Below, piece by piece: positions 25,171 to 37,867 of a DNA stretch of 64,000 nt. The position numbers and the translations under genes are program-made. Location: NCBI RefSeq assembly GCF_037042905.1, contig NC_087252.1, forward strand, positions 19,594,001 through 19,658,000. Direction: 5' to 3'. Below the pieces are notes generated by a model. The model worked only from the letters and a program-made list of their open reading frames with translations, ran no database searches and was not told the origin of the DNA. The number at the start of each line of letters is the position of its first letter. The first letter of the stretch is position 1. This DNA comes from Lytechinus pictus. Its lineage: Eukaryota.

Positions 25171-28100
25171 CATGACCGTCAAGTTGGGTATATATGCAAT
25201 TTTTTGGCTGAAAGTTGTAGTGTAGGTTGTCTACTTCAAGAATCCGACGGGTGCCACTTGGGCACCCTTGGGCATTTTTTTCAAATTGACGTCATAGGCC
25301 ACGCCCACTTTTTTACATACCTCTTATATATGACTTTCATATTTTATGAAATAAATATTTCATGTTTGGTATCAAATTAAAGCTAATGAAAATCAAATGC
25401 AGATACATGGATCATTGGGCATTTAAATCACACATTTGTCAGTTAAAGGTCATTTAAGGTAAAAAAAAGGTCAAATTGCATTACAAATGTAAGTAGTACA
25501 TATAAGGCGAAAAATATCATGCTTTATATACAAATAAGTTAGGAATTGTGTGCATTTTGTGCTGAAAGTTAAGTTGAGGGTGCGCATATTAAGAATCCAA
25601 TGGGTGCGACCTTGGCATCTTGAGGAATTTTATTTATGTGACGTCATAAACCACACTTTCATACATTCCTCTTAATTGTTGATTTTCTATTGTGCGGAAT
25701 AAACGTATCATGTTTGATATCAAATCATAGCATATGCTAAATCAAATCCACAAATATGAATCACAAGGCATTTATATCGTGTTTAGACCAACTAAAGGTC
25801 ATTTAAGGTCATGAAAGGTCAAGTTAGGTCACAAATGTAAGCAATGCAACATATAATGCGTTCTCAATTGAGCATTAAATGTATTTTTGGCTGATAATCA
25901 TATTGAGGATGTGTATATTTAGAATCTGACAGGGGCTACCTTGGTACCCTTGGGGCAACGTCATTTTCTGACGTCATAGACCACACCATCCTTTTCATAT
26001 AGGTCAACCTCTTAATTATTAAATTATTTACAGTTATTATCTCTTTTCTAGTGTACGGAATAAATCATGTTTGGTATCAAATCAAAGCTTATGGAAATGG
26101 AGTGTACATTTATTTAAAAAAAATCACATACCAAGGTCACCTTTGGGTAATATTAGCTCATGAAAGGTCTAATGAAGGCGGAAGCTCATAAGTACTTAAA
26201 AAGTGTAAATTTCTCAACAATTTCGACTGCATGTCTCTGCCTTAGTTGTATACTTCGTCATGTTCGTTTCAAACTTGCAGTATGAATTATGAAATACATG
26301 ACTCGATGGCTGGGCAGCAACTACATTAAGCCTCAAAGAACATGGTGACACTGACTTGCATCTGCAAGGGGAGGAACCACTGTGTCATGAACAAGTACGG
26401 GTAGGCCTAATGTCCTGTTCCACCTAGTATCAGTTATCTTCTGTAGATGTCATGGGAGTAGAGCGTATATAATTTTTCTCTGACAACACTGACATTTGTG
26501 TTCTAGAAGACTATTCTGCTTTTAGGACTTACAAGTCTTCTACATACTGTTGAAAAAGTGATCGATATTAAAGTTATGGTATAAAAACTAGCAGAAAAAA
26601 GCTGGCTGTGCAAAGACAATATATTAGGTTGGGATACCATATTGTGTCAATCTGGCAAGGGAAAGACTTCCACTCTGAACTTGCTTAATCCTCTTCCTCA
26701 TTGATTTTCCCCTCTTCAATCTCGATTGCATGTTAAGTTATACTTGTGTTTAGAATGGCACAATACGATACACCAAAGTGACAAACGCTAGCCCTAGAAT
26801 ATGCATGGTGGCCCCGATATTAATCCACATAGAACAAGTTCTGATAATTCCATGATGGGAGTATCCACTGTGCTATGCACAGGTACTGGAATGCTCTCCT
26901 ATAACTTATACTTCCAATCCATACATGAAAGGTTAGTTGAAGGGCCAGCAGGGTAGTCTTTCGGTAAGATTTTCTCCGGATAAAGATCCTGGAGAAGAGC
27001 ACATTTTTCTGACCTTTCAGTTGGAGTAGGTTCGTAATCTTTACATTTATTATTAGTTAAGAAAGAGATAAAGTATAAATACTGCAGCTCTTATTGATCC
27101 TGATTCCTGTACACTTCTTCTGCATCAGGCTCTGTAGAGTAAGCAGTAAGTTCAGAGTGAAAGTATTTCCCTTGCCAAATTAACACAACATGGTATCCAA
27201 CCTAATGAAAGGAATTGTCTGTGCACAGACAGCTTTTTTCTCCTAGTTTCAATACCATACATATCGGTTACCTTTTCAACAGTATGCAGAAGACCTGTAA
27301 ACCAAAAAAGGAGAACAGTCTGGTAGAACAGAAATATCAGTGTCGTCAGAAAAAAATTATACTATTCCATGACATCTTCAGAAGATAACTGATAGAACGT
27401 GGAACAGGACATTAGGCATAGTCATTCTTGTTTAAGACACAGTGTGTTTTATTTTTGTATAAGTGCACAATCCATTTTTCATAAATTTTAATTTGATACC
27501 AAACATAATGTTTATTCCATACACTAGATCAGAGATAAGTCATAATTAAGAGGTTGTCCTATGTGAAAAGGATGATGTGGTTTATGACGTCAGAAAATGA
27601 TGTTGCCCCAAGGGAACCAAAGTAGCCCCTGTCAGATTCTTAAAATAAACATCCTCAACATAACCTAAAGCCCAAGATACATATGACACCCAATTTGTTT
27701 GATTTCATTCATGAGATTCATGAGTCGCATTATATGTTACAATGCTTGAATTTGTGACCTAATTTGATCTTTCATGACCTTAACGACCTTTAATTGCCCT
27801 GAATGCGTTCTAAATGCCTTGTGATTCAGACATATGGATTTTATTTTGCATCTGTACTAATTTGATATCTCACATGATATGTTTATTCCGCTCAATAGAA
27901 AAGTAATAATTCAGAGGAATGCAAGAAAGTTTGTGTGGTTTATGATGTCACATAGATAAGATTCCTCAAGATACCAAGGTTGCACCCATGGGATTCTTAA
28001 TATGCGCACCCTCAACTTAACTTTGAGCACAAAATGCTCATAATTCCTAACTTATTTGTATTTAAAACATGATATTACTTTATATGTAATACTTACATTT

Positions 28101-28413
28101 GTAATGCAATTTGACCTTTTATTACCTTAAATGACCATTAACTGACAAAGATGAAATTTAAATGCCCAGGGATCCATGTATTTGCATTTGATATTTCATT
28201 AGCTTTAATTTGATAACAAACATGACATGTTTTTTTTTGTAAAATATGAAAGTCATATATAAGAGGTATGTAAAAAAGTGGGCGTGGCCTATGACGTCAA
28301 TTAAAAAAATGCCCAAGGGTGCCCAAGTGGCACCCGTCGGATTCTTGAAGTAGACACCCTACACTACAACTTTCAGCAAAAAAATTGCATATATACCCAA
28401 CTTGACGGTCATG
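25171..28413. mobile_element. 3.2-kb foldback DNA transposon derivative, Academ-like
   Basis: CATGACCGTCAAG...CTTGACGGTCATG ends, CAA 3-bp TSD, ~940-bp TIRs built from three ~350-bp subrepeats, and an inner XPG-like remnant. Confidence 0.85.
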
Positions 28414-29319
28414 CAATAATTTTGATCATATTTACCCGACTATTCGGGCTATTTTACTGTTTCAGTTGATGAATTTGATCCCATCATAGTTATCTTCATA
28501 AATGGCGATTTATTTTTAAAATGAGCTGGCTACGATACCCTTCTCTGGTCAGATATGGAATGTCAGATATATATCCTATCCAAAAGTAGTAAACATTCGA
28601 CCCTTTAATTGGACATTTATTTTTTAATGATTTTTTCTTAAGTGCCATTTTAACACACAAGTCTATGGGGAATGTTTTAACGCGCGTGACACCCATGTTT
28701 GATATCGCAAGTACAGAGTGTATTACGCTTCATTGAGGAGACACATTGCTCGCTCTTACAGGCAAGCGAAAATAATTTTACATTTTGCGATGTTTCTGGA
28801 ATATGATTTGAAATTAATGGATTGGCCACATTCCAACAATCTTGTCTTCACTATTATTTGAGATAGTCTTCATTATTTCTGCGTACCATGTTTGCGGAAA
28901 ATTGTCAAAATGTTGTTTTGAAAATTGTTAAACTCCATGGTTTTTTCGCGTATTGAAACTATTATCGTACAATACTTAGTCAAATGTCAAATTACAATAC
29001 GGCTTTGATGTGGCCTATGTTTGACTGTGTGCTTAATATTAATGTTTTGTGTTCAATAAAACGAGACATAATCCTAATCATCTAATTTCAAATAAATTCA
29101 CTTTGTAATTGGTGGCATCAGAGATCTTCATCCCAAGGGGGGGGGGGTTAAAGACCATCATATTATTCCTCTAAAAGTGGGAATCTGTGTGAAACAATCG
29201 GGGCTTCGTTCTAAAAATACTCTTTGCCGGAATTTGGTTTGACTAATTTTGTTTTATAGGCATCGTCATTAAATAGCTGTCAAAATATTAATCTTCTTTA
29301 TTCTCATATCTTTTATCAG

Positions 29320-29505
29320 TTATTGAATGCCCTTCGCCACCCATCGCTGCCTATTCTGAGCTCGAGACTCCATTAACAAATTCTCCAGTAGTTAACGAGA
29401 CAATAACATATGCTTGTAGCAGCAATGACTATACGCTGATGGATAATACGGGAAATAGATGTCTTATGGACGGTACATGGGAGAAACAGCCCCCAGTATG
29501 CAAAA
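29320..29505 (+). CDS. Gene B exon: Sushi/CCP domain 2 (IECPSPPI...YAC...CLMDGTWEKQPPVCK)
   Basis: Four-Cys CCP pattern. tcAG and GTaagt, 186 nt phase 1-1. Confidence 0.9.
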
Positions 29506-29761
29506 GTAAGTGTTCTAGGACAACTGCTGCAGGAAGAAATCTTCCCTGATGACTTGCTTGCAATTTCTCTTTAGAGGACTTGCCGCTTGGGAGAGACATT
29601 CTCTTGGAAAAGACCAATACATTCAAACATGTTCAAGTGACTACCGAAGAGAATCAAAAGTTTTGGTCACTTTAGACAAGTTGACAGTCATTTTGAACAT
29701 ATTGTAGATAAACATGTAAAAAAAACACTTTTGGGTTCCTCCATTGGCATGATATCTAATC

Positions 29762-30500
29762 ATAATAATAATAATCCGCATTTATATACGCTTAAAGAGA
29801 AATTCCAGTAGTTGCAATAAACACTGATTTCATGAGAAAGTCTGTAAAACAAGGCTTAATTGTCAGTACATCATCGAGGATCTAGATCTAATACAGTTAC
29901 ATAAACTGAACTTCGTGAAATCTTGAAATCTACGCTGAAAAATGAAGATCCCCAACACATATAAGCGCACGTGGGACAGTGGATAATTATTGCTTTGAAT
30001 GTCGTGCCCGACGCTATACCCGAATCCTGTACTTATTTACTGATTTCTCAGCAATTACACAATTTCTTCCAGAATCCTTTGGCACATACGTTTTATTTAT
30101 ACAAACAGACACTTTAGTGGTCATTTCATTGGATTCTGTACGAACTCATATCGTTACCAAAACTAGCATTTACCTTTAATACAAAGTCGGATCGACGTCT
30201 CTAAGCGCTTTACAGACATACTATTATCCCGGTCATCGGATCCTTGCATGCCCGTATACAATATACGCACATTCTCCACTCCCTGGGGAGCATTCCAACA
30301 AGAGTTCAAAGACTCAATTGCTTGGCATACTACATATAGGCTTTAACATCCTACCGGGTACCCATTTAACACCTGGGTGGAGAGTGGCAAAGTGTGGATT
30401 AACGCCTTGCCAAAGATCGACGCTAGGCCATGGTGGGATTCGAACACACGACCCTCTGATTACAAGGCGAGAGTCAGAACCGCTACACCACGACGCGTCC
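29762..30500 (-). mobile_element. tRNA-derived SINE interrupted by a MITE
   Basis: Head with A box TGGTGTAGCGG and B box GTTCGAATC; body CCACCCAGGTGTTAAATGGGTACC; tail AAAGCGCTTAGAGAC...TATATAAAT followed by (TTA)n. Confidence 0.85.
29796..30175. mobile_element. MITE with TTAA TSD nested in a SINE tail
   Basis: TTAA flanks; reverse-complement copy at 57499-57892. Confidence 0.85.
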
Positions 30501-30528
30501 ACTTCTAATGCTACACTCTGCAAGAATA

Positions 30529-30758
30529 CACTGCAAAAACTCAGGTGTTGATTTAACACCAGCCCGGAGTCTATTTATGTCCACACCAGAGAAGTATTTG
30601 GAATCAAACCGATGCTGTTTTAATACTAGTTGGTGTTGTATAAACACCTATCTGGTGTTAGACCAAAAATGAAACTGGTGTTGTTCAACACTTCTCTGGG
30701 ATCGATATATATATAGATTCCCGGCTGGTGTTAAATCAACACCGGAGTTTTTGCAGTG
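30529..30758. mobile_element. CACTG-ended MITE; truncated relative at ~24300-24530
   Basis: CACTGCAAAAACTC.GGTGTTGATTTAACACCAG...CTGGTGTTAAATCAACACCGGAGTTTTTGCAGTG. Confidence 0.8.
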
Positions 30759-31165
30759 AAATCTTTTGGGATATCGCTTGGAGGTTATCCTCCCGGGAGG
30801 TTGTGTTTTTACGATTTTTGTTTCATTCCAAGAATTTAAACAATAACATCACATATAATGTTTATCACAATTTGGTTTAAAGTATATTGTAATTGAAAAG
30901 ATTACAGATGTAAAGATATTTCAAACAGGAAGAGATGGTTATTTGATGATGTCATTACAGAATTCCCACTTCACTGATATCACAGTGGCGGACATAACAA
31001 TGGGGAACCTGTGGGGAACCAATGGGGAACCTTGTGAAAAAAAAGATTACCATGATTTTATGCACAGGTGTTCATATGCAACATATCTGGGAACACTCTG
31101 TCATGTCTGTAGTTTGATATAACCCCGTTTATAAATAATTTTCATTTATATTTGTTTCTTTAAAG

Positions 31166-31408
31166 TAAACTGCCAGACGGGAAATTACATCAGACGTTAT
31201 TCTGATCTGGTTTGCTACCGCCAACGTGACTATGGCAACGAGAGAGAATGGGAATCATCATTTAACCTCTGTCATAATAACAGGAACTTTCTTGCCACTG
31301 TGAAAGATGCTGAGACACAGTCTTTCCTCGTCAAATTCGTTGGGCAGAGCATTGGTGAAGACACTTGGATCGGTGCAAAGGAAGGACTGGATTGGAAGTG
31401 GAGACATA
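31166..31408 (+). CDS. Gene B exon: C-type lectin 1, N-half (VCYR...WESSFNLC...LATVKD...TWIGA...WKW)
   Basis: CTLD motifs; 243 nt phase 1-1; GTaagt donor. Confidence 0.85.
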
Positions 31409-32335
31409 GTAAGTAAATCATCTCATAGATCGTTAGAGTCTGTATTATCTCCGAGCGTAGGGGGCTATCAGGTTATTATTCCATCCTTTCCATCCTCTGC
31501 TTAAATTAATTGTTAGGTGTATCCCCATTGATACGTACGATGTTCTAGACAAAATGTCTTCAGAGATATGCATTTCTATGCTCATACAGTGTCTCAAGGA
31601 ATTATTTGTTTACTACATACAACAATGAAAATACGAAGATGGACTAAGATGGGACCCAAAAATTCCTAACTTTGCTTTTATGAAATATAATGAAATATAT
31701 ATTATCTGAAAGATGAAAGTATAAAGCATTCGTTTTGCACCAAGTTACAATTTTCTGCATGAATGATTATGAATCATTATAATATGCAACAGGCCTAATT
31801 TTCAGACCTGTTGTGCTCTTTGAAGCGCGAAGCTCGCAATGCTTCAGTGGTCACGACTTATTTCTTATTTTCATATTTTCACTTGATATGCAATTTCAAT
31901 CAATATAATAATATCAAAATAATATACACAAATAATATAGGATTTGTATAGCGCACGTATACACATTGCTAGGTGCTCAATGCGCTCCTATATTATGCAT
32001 TTCGCAAACGACTTTAGACGAACGGATCTCTGACTGCTATTACCTCATTGACTTTTGGAAAGGGATGTAATTCGATTCATCTGTCATATTTCATTTGCTG
32101 TTGATATCAATAAAACAAAATGAAAAATGAAGGACGGTCTTCGTTTTGCACCTATTTCCAAATAGTGATCGGTTATACATGAATGATTATGGATCATTAC
32201 ATGCAATAATGCAATATTTTCAGACCTTCCTGTAATTATTGAAGAGTAGCATGCAACACATGATCATGAATTATTTCATATTTTTGCCTAAATACTGAAA
32301 ATAAATTGCCTATAATGCAATATCTTAGCGACATT

Positions 32336-33558
32336 ACGGGAAGGCGGGGTAAGTTGAGCCAAAGAGTATAAATTGAGCCACCACCCCAGGCCAATAATGA
32401 ATGAGTCGGACATCGTGGTGGTGTCATATGACCCAATGCATAACCCCTAACCCTACCACATTGTTTGCAACATTTAAACAGAGAGTAGTTTTTCAGAGCA
32501 TGGACGCACTACTCTGACTAGTAGGTCCATGCTCAGAGGGAAAATACAAATTTTAGCCAAAAAAATTGTTAGTCCAGGTATAGATCCTCATTCTTGTCAT
32601 AGTCTTTTAAATGATGGGTACATAAAGAATGTGTGGATGTGAAAATATCCCATGAAGTTTGGACCGGGGTAAGTTGAGCCAGCCAACATGGGGCAAGTTG
32701 AGCCATGGTAATTCATATGGTAGTGTAAAAAAAATCCTTTAAAAGACAATTTATTGATATGCAGGCAAAAGGGGCCAATTTCGCCAGACAGTTGTTTAAC
32801 TTTTAGTGGATGTTAGTATTTATAGAGAATTAGCAAGTGGAAAGACTTTTAAATAATAATAAAAAAACTTTTACGTTAGTTCTTGTCCCATAGCTTTTCA
32901 CATTGTTTTTGTGGTTCAACTTACCCTAGAAGGTGGCTCAACTACCCATGGGTGGGGCAAGTTGAGCCATTTGACATCTTTTGTTTCAAAGGTGACAGTG
33001 CCTTTCAATGTGGGGGTAGAAAGTTTCATATAGGTAAAACAATGTTTCTAAAGAATTAAATTTGAAGGCATTGTACTTATTTCTACACTGTTAGAAAATT
33101 CATCCTTAAAATAAAATAAATTCCTGCAGCAGAGTCTCGAGAACACCTGTAATCTTACCAGATTGCGTAATCTTACAGGATTTTGGTATTTGGTGTATGG
33201 AATCTTACAAATTTCCTTAAATAAAACACCCTTTTTCCTTTTTAACAGACCTGTTCTGTTAAATTGCAGAAAAAATCCTGTTTTCTGAATTTACAGAATG
33301 ATTTTGTTATTGCTTTCTGCAAAATCTTCTGTTTTCTTTCTGTAAAATCACGGTTTTTTTTAACAGTTTAGATTGTTAGTTATATCAGTCCTTACATGCA
33401 AAAAGCAAAAAATTGCTCATCTTACAGGGGCCGCACTTTTTTCCAAAACCGTGTGCAAAAACGTAAAAATGACCATATTATTGTGATTTTTCTGCATGGT
33501 CAGCCCCCCCCCACTTTAAAAACCGTTCCGCGGCCCCTGTCTTACCTTGCCACCCCTA
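32336..33558. mobile_element. TA-flanked DNA element (GGGGTAAGTTGAGCCA motif) with nested insertions at ~33086-33367 and 33425-33539
   Basis: Repeated GTAAGTTGAGCC/GGCTCAACT motifs. The nested CACTG element has an inverted copy at ~43730-44024. CAGGGGCCGC...GCGGCCCCTG is flanked by TCTTA. Confidence 0.65.
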
Positions 33559-33718
33559 AATATTTCTGAGGCGCTTGGTATATCACTGTACATCAAAAAT
33601 AGAGAACTTTTGTCATTTCGTAATTAATGATATCTAAATGCTGGAAATTTAGATAGATGCTACGTGAGTTATCATATTATTGCTAACAAAAATACTTTTT
33701 CGAACATTTTTTCCTCAG

Positions 33719-33865
33719 GCGATGAATATATAAAACGCTTCTTTTGGAAAGATCCATTTCCAGATGCATCTGAAGGGAATTTTATTGAAATGTCGTTTGA
33801 GGATGGGTCTTTTTCATGGAATCCACAGTCATCTGGTGAAAAGAATGGCGTAATCTGTCAGTACG
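33719..33865 (+). CDS. Gene B exon: C-type lectin 1, C-half (FFWKDPFPD...SWNPQSSGEKNGVICQY)
   Basis: ttcctcAG acceptor, 147 nt phase 1-1, terminal ICQ motif. Confidence 0.8.
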
Positions 33866-34498
33866 GTAAATTTATAGAAATTATCATTGACAATTATCAA
33901 AATTAGCAGTTACTAGTATGCTTGGTGCTATCGTTCACGCCAGTGGCATTATGTCTTCAGGTCTTGTATATATACGATGCAAAGTATTTCTGCGAGTTGC
34001 CGTGAGAGCGCGAAGTGAGCTATCCCTGCAGTAATGTTTAATCGATAAATCCAGCGGGAAATCAAGGCGCAATACTGGACCATTTTTTACTATTTTGTTA
34101 TTGTTACTGTTTTAATCATTATTATATGTTATTACCATTGATATTATTTGATATTATTTATTAATATCAAAGCTATTTATCACTATCATTATTATTAGTA
34201 GTAGCATCATCATCACCATCATTATTTACTTCCTTATTTATAGGTCGGGGGCTTCTAGGGTTTTTAGTTTAATTTTTTTTCTCATTTCTAACAGAACAAT
34301 ACAAATATCCATAGAAATACAATTATAATAAACTGAAGTATAATAAGCAAAATCAAAGTCATGGGTCCATATAGGGAAGAGAGTGGATAAATGGTAAACA
34401 CATTAAATTACCCCCCCCCCCCCCCCCCCCCATTGGAAAAACTGTCCCCTACATGGACAAGGAATTTCCCTTCTGGTCGGCTAAAAAATGAGTACCGG

Positions 34499-34632
34499 TA
34501 GGAAGTAATTCCTTAAAAAGCTGTGTGCGCTATGAACGGCTAGCTTAGCCGGGTAATATAGGAGCGCCTTGAGCACCTAACAAGGTGGATATGTGCGCAA
34601 TATAAATATCCTATATTATTATTATTATTATT
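34499..34632 (+). mobile_element. SINE/LINE 3' fragment with (TTA)n tail
   Basis: Near-identical to 17092-17228. Confidence 0.8.
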
Positions 34633-34764
34633 AAAACGATTAGTTTGGAAAGTGGAACCAAAATAGCGAATGGTTTATTTATGCGTGAATCGTGGGAAGG
34701 AAATTTAACCGTTACGTTATATATTGCTTAGCAGTTAATAGGGCCTATATTTATCTATGCTTAG

Positions 34765-35040
34765 GTCAGTCTTGCCAACATGCCGGGCTCAACCAATCGG
34801 ACACAGTTCTAGATTACATGGGCATCTGTTTTCAATTCATGAATGTATCAAACAATTGGGATGATGGAGTGAAAACATGCAATCGGAGCGGGGGATTCTT
34901 GGCTGAAATACTCGACAATAGCACAAATACGTTATTGGTAGAACGCGCCCTTGATCTGAGGAAAAATATTGGAAACACGGCGTGGTGGATAGGTGGATAT
35001 GATGCAGACGACAGCGAAAGATCCTGGTATTGGTCTGACA
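34765..35040 (+). CDS. Gene B exon: C-type lectin 2, N-half (ICFQF...WDDGVKTC...GGFLAEI...WWIGG...WYWSD)
   Basis: CTLD motifs; 276 nt phase 1-1; GTaagt donor. Confidence 0.9.
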
Positions 35041-35235
35041 GTAAGTAAGATATGATTATGATTTATCTGCATTCTCAGTGACGATCGTAAATATTAGCAG
35101 CACTCTGAGAGCCCAGTTTGTAACCAAAGTTGTTTTTCTCTAATGTCTCGTTGTTCTATAATACATTCTGATGCGGATTTGGATCTTGTGGCATACAAAT
35201 TGATATTATGCGTTCAAAGATTATAATTTGTCCGT

Positions 35236-36718
35236 TCAGGACAGCTCTCCCGGAGGACAACTTCCCCGTAAGACAGCCCCCGGGGACAACTCCCCCGTAG
35301 GTCAGCTGCCCCGAGGACAACTCCCCCGTAGGACAACTTCCCCGAGGACAACTCCCCGTGTAGGACAACTCCCCTACGGAGAAGTTGTTAATTGTAAATT
35401 ATTCTGACTGACTTCTGAATGAAATTGGGCGGGAAAATAGCACCTTGAGCATCGGTCATAAATTGATAATAGCTGTATAAAAGTCTTTTATCATCATCAT
35501 CACCATCAGTTTATTATAGCAAGGTTAGTACAATAGGTTCATGCAACGGCTAAAGCTCACATGATTATAAAAAAAAATTGCTCCCCTCTTCAAAGAAATC
35601 TTGGATCCGTGCCTGTATTCCAGGGTATATTTTAATATATTTTGGCAAACAAAGAAAGACTAGGCGTATAGGAGTGGCCGCGCCTGTCAGATGAGTGTAT
35701 GGCTAATCCATCCGTATTATTTTATATATGGCTAAAGTACGTATACTAAAATGGAATAAAACAAAATCATCCTTTCATTTAAAAAAAAACCTGTGCACCA
35801 ATTACCTTCGCTCACACGTAAATTATGCTCAATCGATATAACAATAAAAGAAAATGCCTTTTCCTTCTCTTCTCTTCCCCTCCCTTTCCCCTTATCCTTC
35901 ATCCACTCTCTTTCTCATATTTCCCCTGTTATTTTCATCCATCTCCTTCCTCCTTTACTCATGAAATCTAAAACCGCTACATGTGATTGAGTTGAAGCGT
36001 GTAATACATACATACAAAACGATAAAGCTGATGTAAGTTTCAAGAACAACTAGAAACGATTTGCAAATACTATGTTTTATTTTAAAGTTCACAAAACAAG
36101 TATAGTATAGTATAGTAGTATTTGCCGTATAAAAAATACAAAACGGATTGATAGCCCATGTTCAGTCTTGTCGACATGACAATACTGTTCTTCCATGGGG
36201 GTCCATATACAATAAAAGTAAACACATATGAAATAAGCATAGCATATACGGTAAATAAAAAAAAATCAGCTGAATTTCAAGACAAATTGTACTGTTTGAA
36301 ATAGCTTTTTTCATGTGGAAGATTTTAAATCAGCACGAGATGTGCTCGGGAAAGTCTGCAGAGTCTCCATTTTGGGTCCTATAGTACGGGAGATGTCTTC
36401 GGGAGAGTTGCCCTGCGGGGCAATTGTGCTAGGGTCAGTTGTCCTACCGGGGTTGTCATCGGGGGAGCTGTCTTATGGGGGAACTGTCCTCGGGGGAGCT
36501 GTCCTACAGGGAAGTTGTGCCCGGGGAGCTGTCCTATACGTGGGAACTGTCCTCGGGGGAGCTGTCCTACTGGACGTTTGTCCTATAGGGGAGTTGTCCC
36601 CGGAAGAGTCGACCTCTGTCACAGTGGCTTTTGTCCTCTGGGGAAGCTGTCCTCCGGGGTAGCTGTCATCAAGGGGAGCAGTCCTCCGGGAGAGCTGTCC
36701 TTTGGGAGTAGTCCTAGA
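35236..36718. repeat. Two oppositely oriented minisatellite arrays (GGACAACTCCCC at 35236-35380; GGGGAGCTGTCC at ~36395-36718)
   Basis: About 15-20-bp units; the second array is the reverse complement of the first. Confidence 0.8.
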
Positions 36719-37373
36719 ACCCTAATTTGTAGTATGTTAAGATTTATTCCGACATGTCCTAATTTGATAGAGTGAAGCTCGGACCTGAATAATCCCACTC
36801 ACTTGCTTACCACTTACGTTCTTACAGTAACAATGACAATGAAAAATAATGGTAATTTTAGCAATAAAGATAATAATAATGAGAATAATTAACAATGTTA
36901 GTAATGCTGAGCATTATTGTGATAGTAGTGGTATCAATAAAAAGAAAACACCAATAGCAACGATAACCACAACAGTGACACGACAATTGCTCCGGTCTTA
37001 ATATCTCACAGGGCAATGGGTTAGAGTTAGGATTGTTACAGAGTTTTTGGTTCAGAATAATGCAGTGATAAGGATTAGGGTTTATTTAGTTTTGGAGGTT
37101 ATATTTTATGTTTAATTTAACGGGCATATAAATTGCAGCCTTAGTAAATGTCATGGAACCATAACAACAATCACAAAAATTGCCATATTTCTATTAATAT
37201 TATAATACGACCTAAACTGATAGTAGCGTGACGTCACTTTCACAGGGGACACGATCGCAATATTAGCTTACACATTGGTTTCCGTACAGGTGTATATCAT
37301 AAAAAGAAGGATATTGCACATGTACGGTCTTAATCGTTTTCTCTTTTTTTATCACTAACTTTGTTTTATTCAG

Positions 37374-37514
37374 AAACCCGAGTCATATATAACGCATGGT
37401 ACAGTGGCAGACCGGATAAGAACAATCATGATTGTGTAGAAATGAAGGAAAATCATGATTACAAATGGGATGATTCATCTTGTAGCAAAATGAGAAAGAC
37501 ATTGTGTCAAATAG
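37374..37514 (+). CDS. Gene B exon: C-type lectin 2, C-half (WYSGRPDKNNHDCVEM...KWDDSSCSKMRKTLCQI)
   Basis: W-x2-G-x-P-D, C, W-D-D-x2-C and LCQ motifs. Ends at an AG|GCaagt (GC) donor. Confidence 0.85.
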
Positions 37515-37555
37515 GCAAGTAATGTCACTATTTATTTTTTATATTACATTATATG

Positions 37556-37867
37556 TACACACTAAGAAATAAAGGTTCAAAATTGAACCCCGAAAGGTTG
37601 ATGCAAAATCAGCACCCTCAGTGGGTGCAAAAATTGAACCCCTGGTTGGGGTTCATTTTTGCACCCTGCGGGTTCAAAACTGCGCCCCTAAATTTTAAAT
37701 TGAACCCCTAGGGGTGCAGTTTTGAACCCGCAGGGTGCAAAAATGAACCCCAACCAGGGGTTCAATTTTTTAACCCCAATCAGGGGTTCGATTTTTGAAC
37801 CCATAGGGTGCTGATTTTGCATCAACCTTTCGGGGTTTAATTTTGAACCTTTATTTCTTAGTGTGTA
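37556..37867. mobile_element. Palindromic MITE (TACACACTAAGAAATAAAGG...CCTTTATTTCTTAGTGTGTA)
   Basis: Long TIRs with internal GAACCC/GCACCC repeats. Confidence 0.85.

Noticed and set aside
30427..30500. tRNA gene
   Set aside because: The A and B boxes continue into a SINE body and tail, so this is a SINE head.
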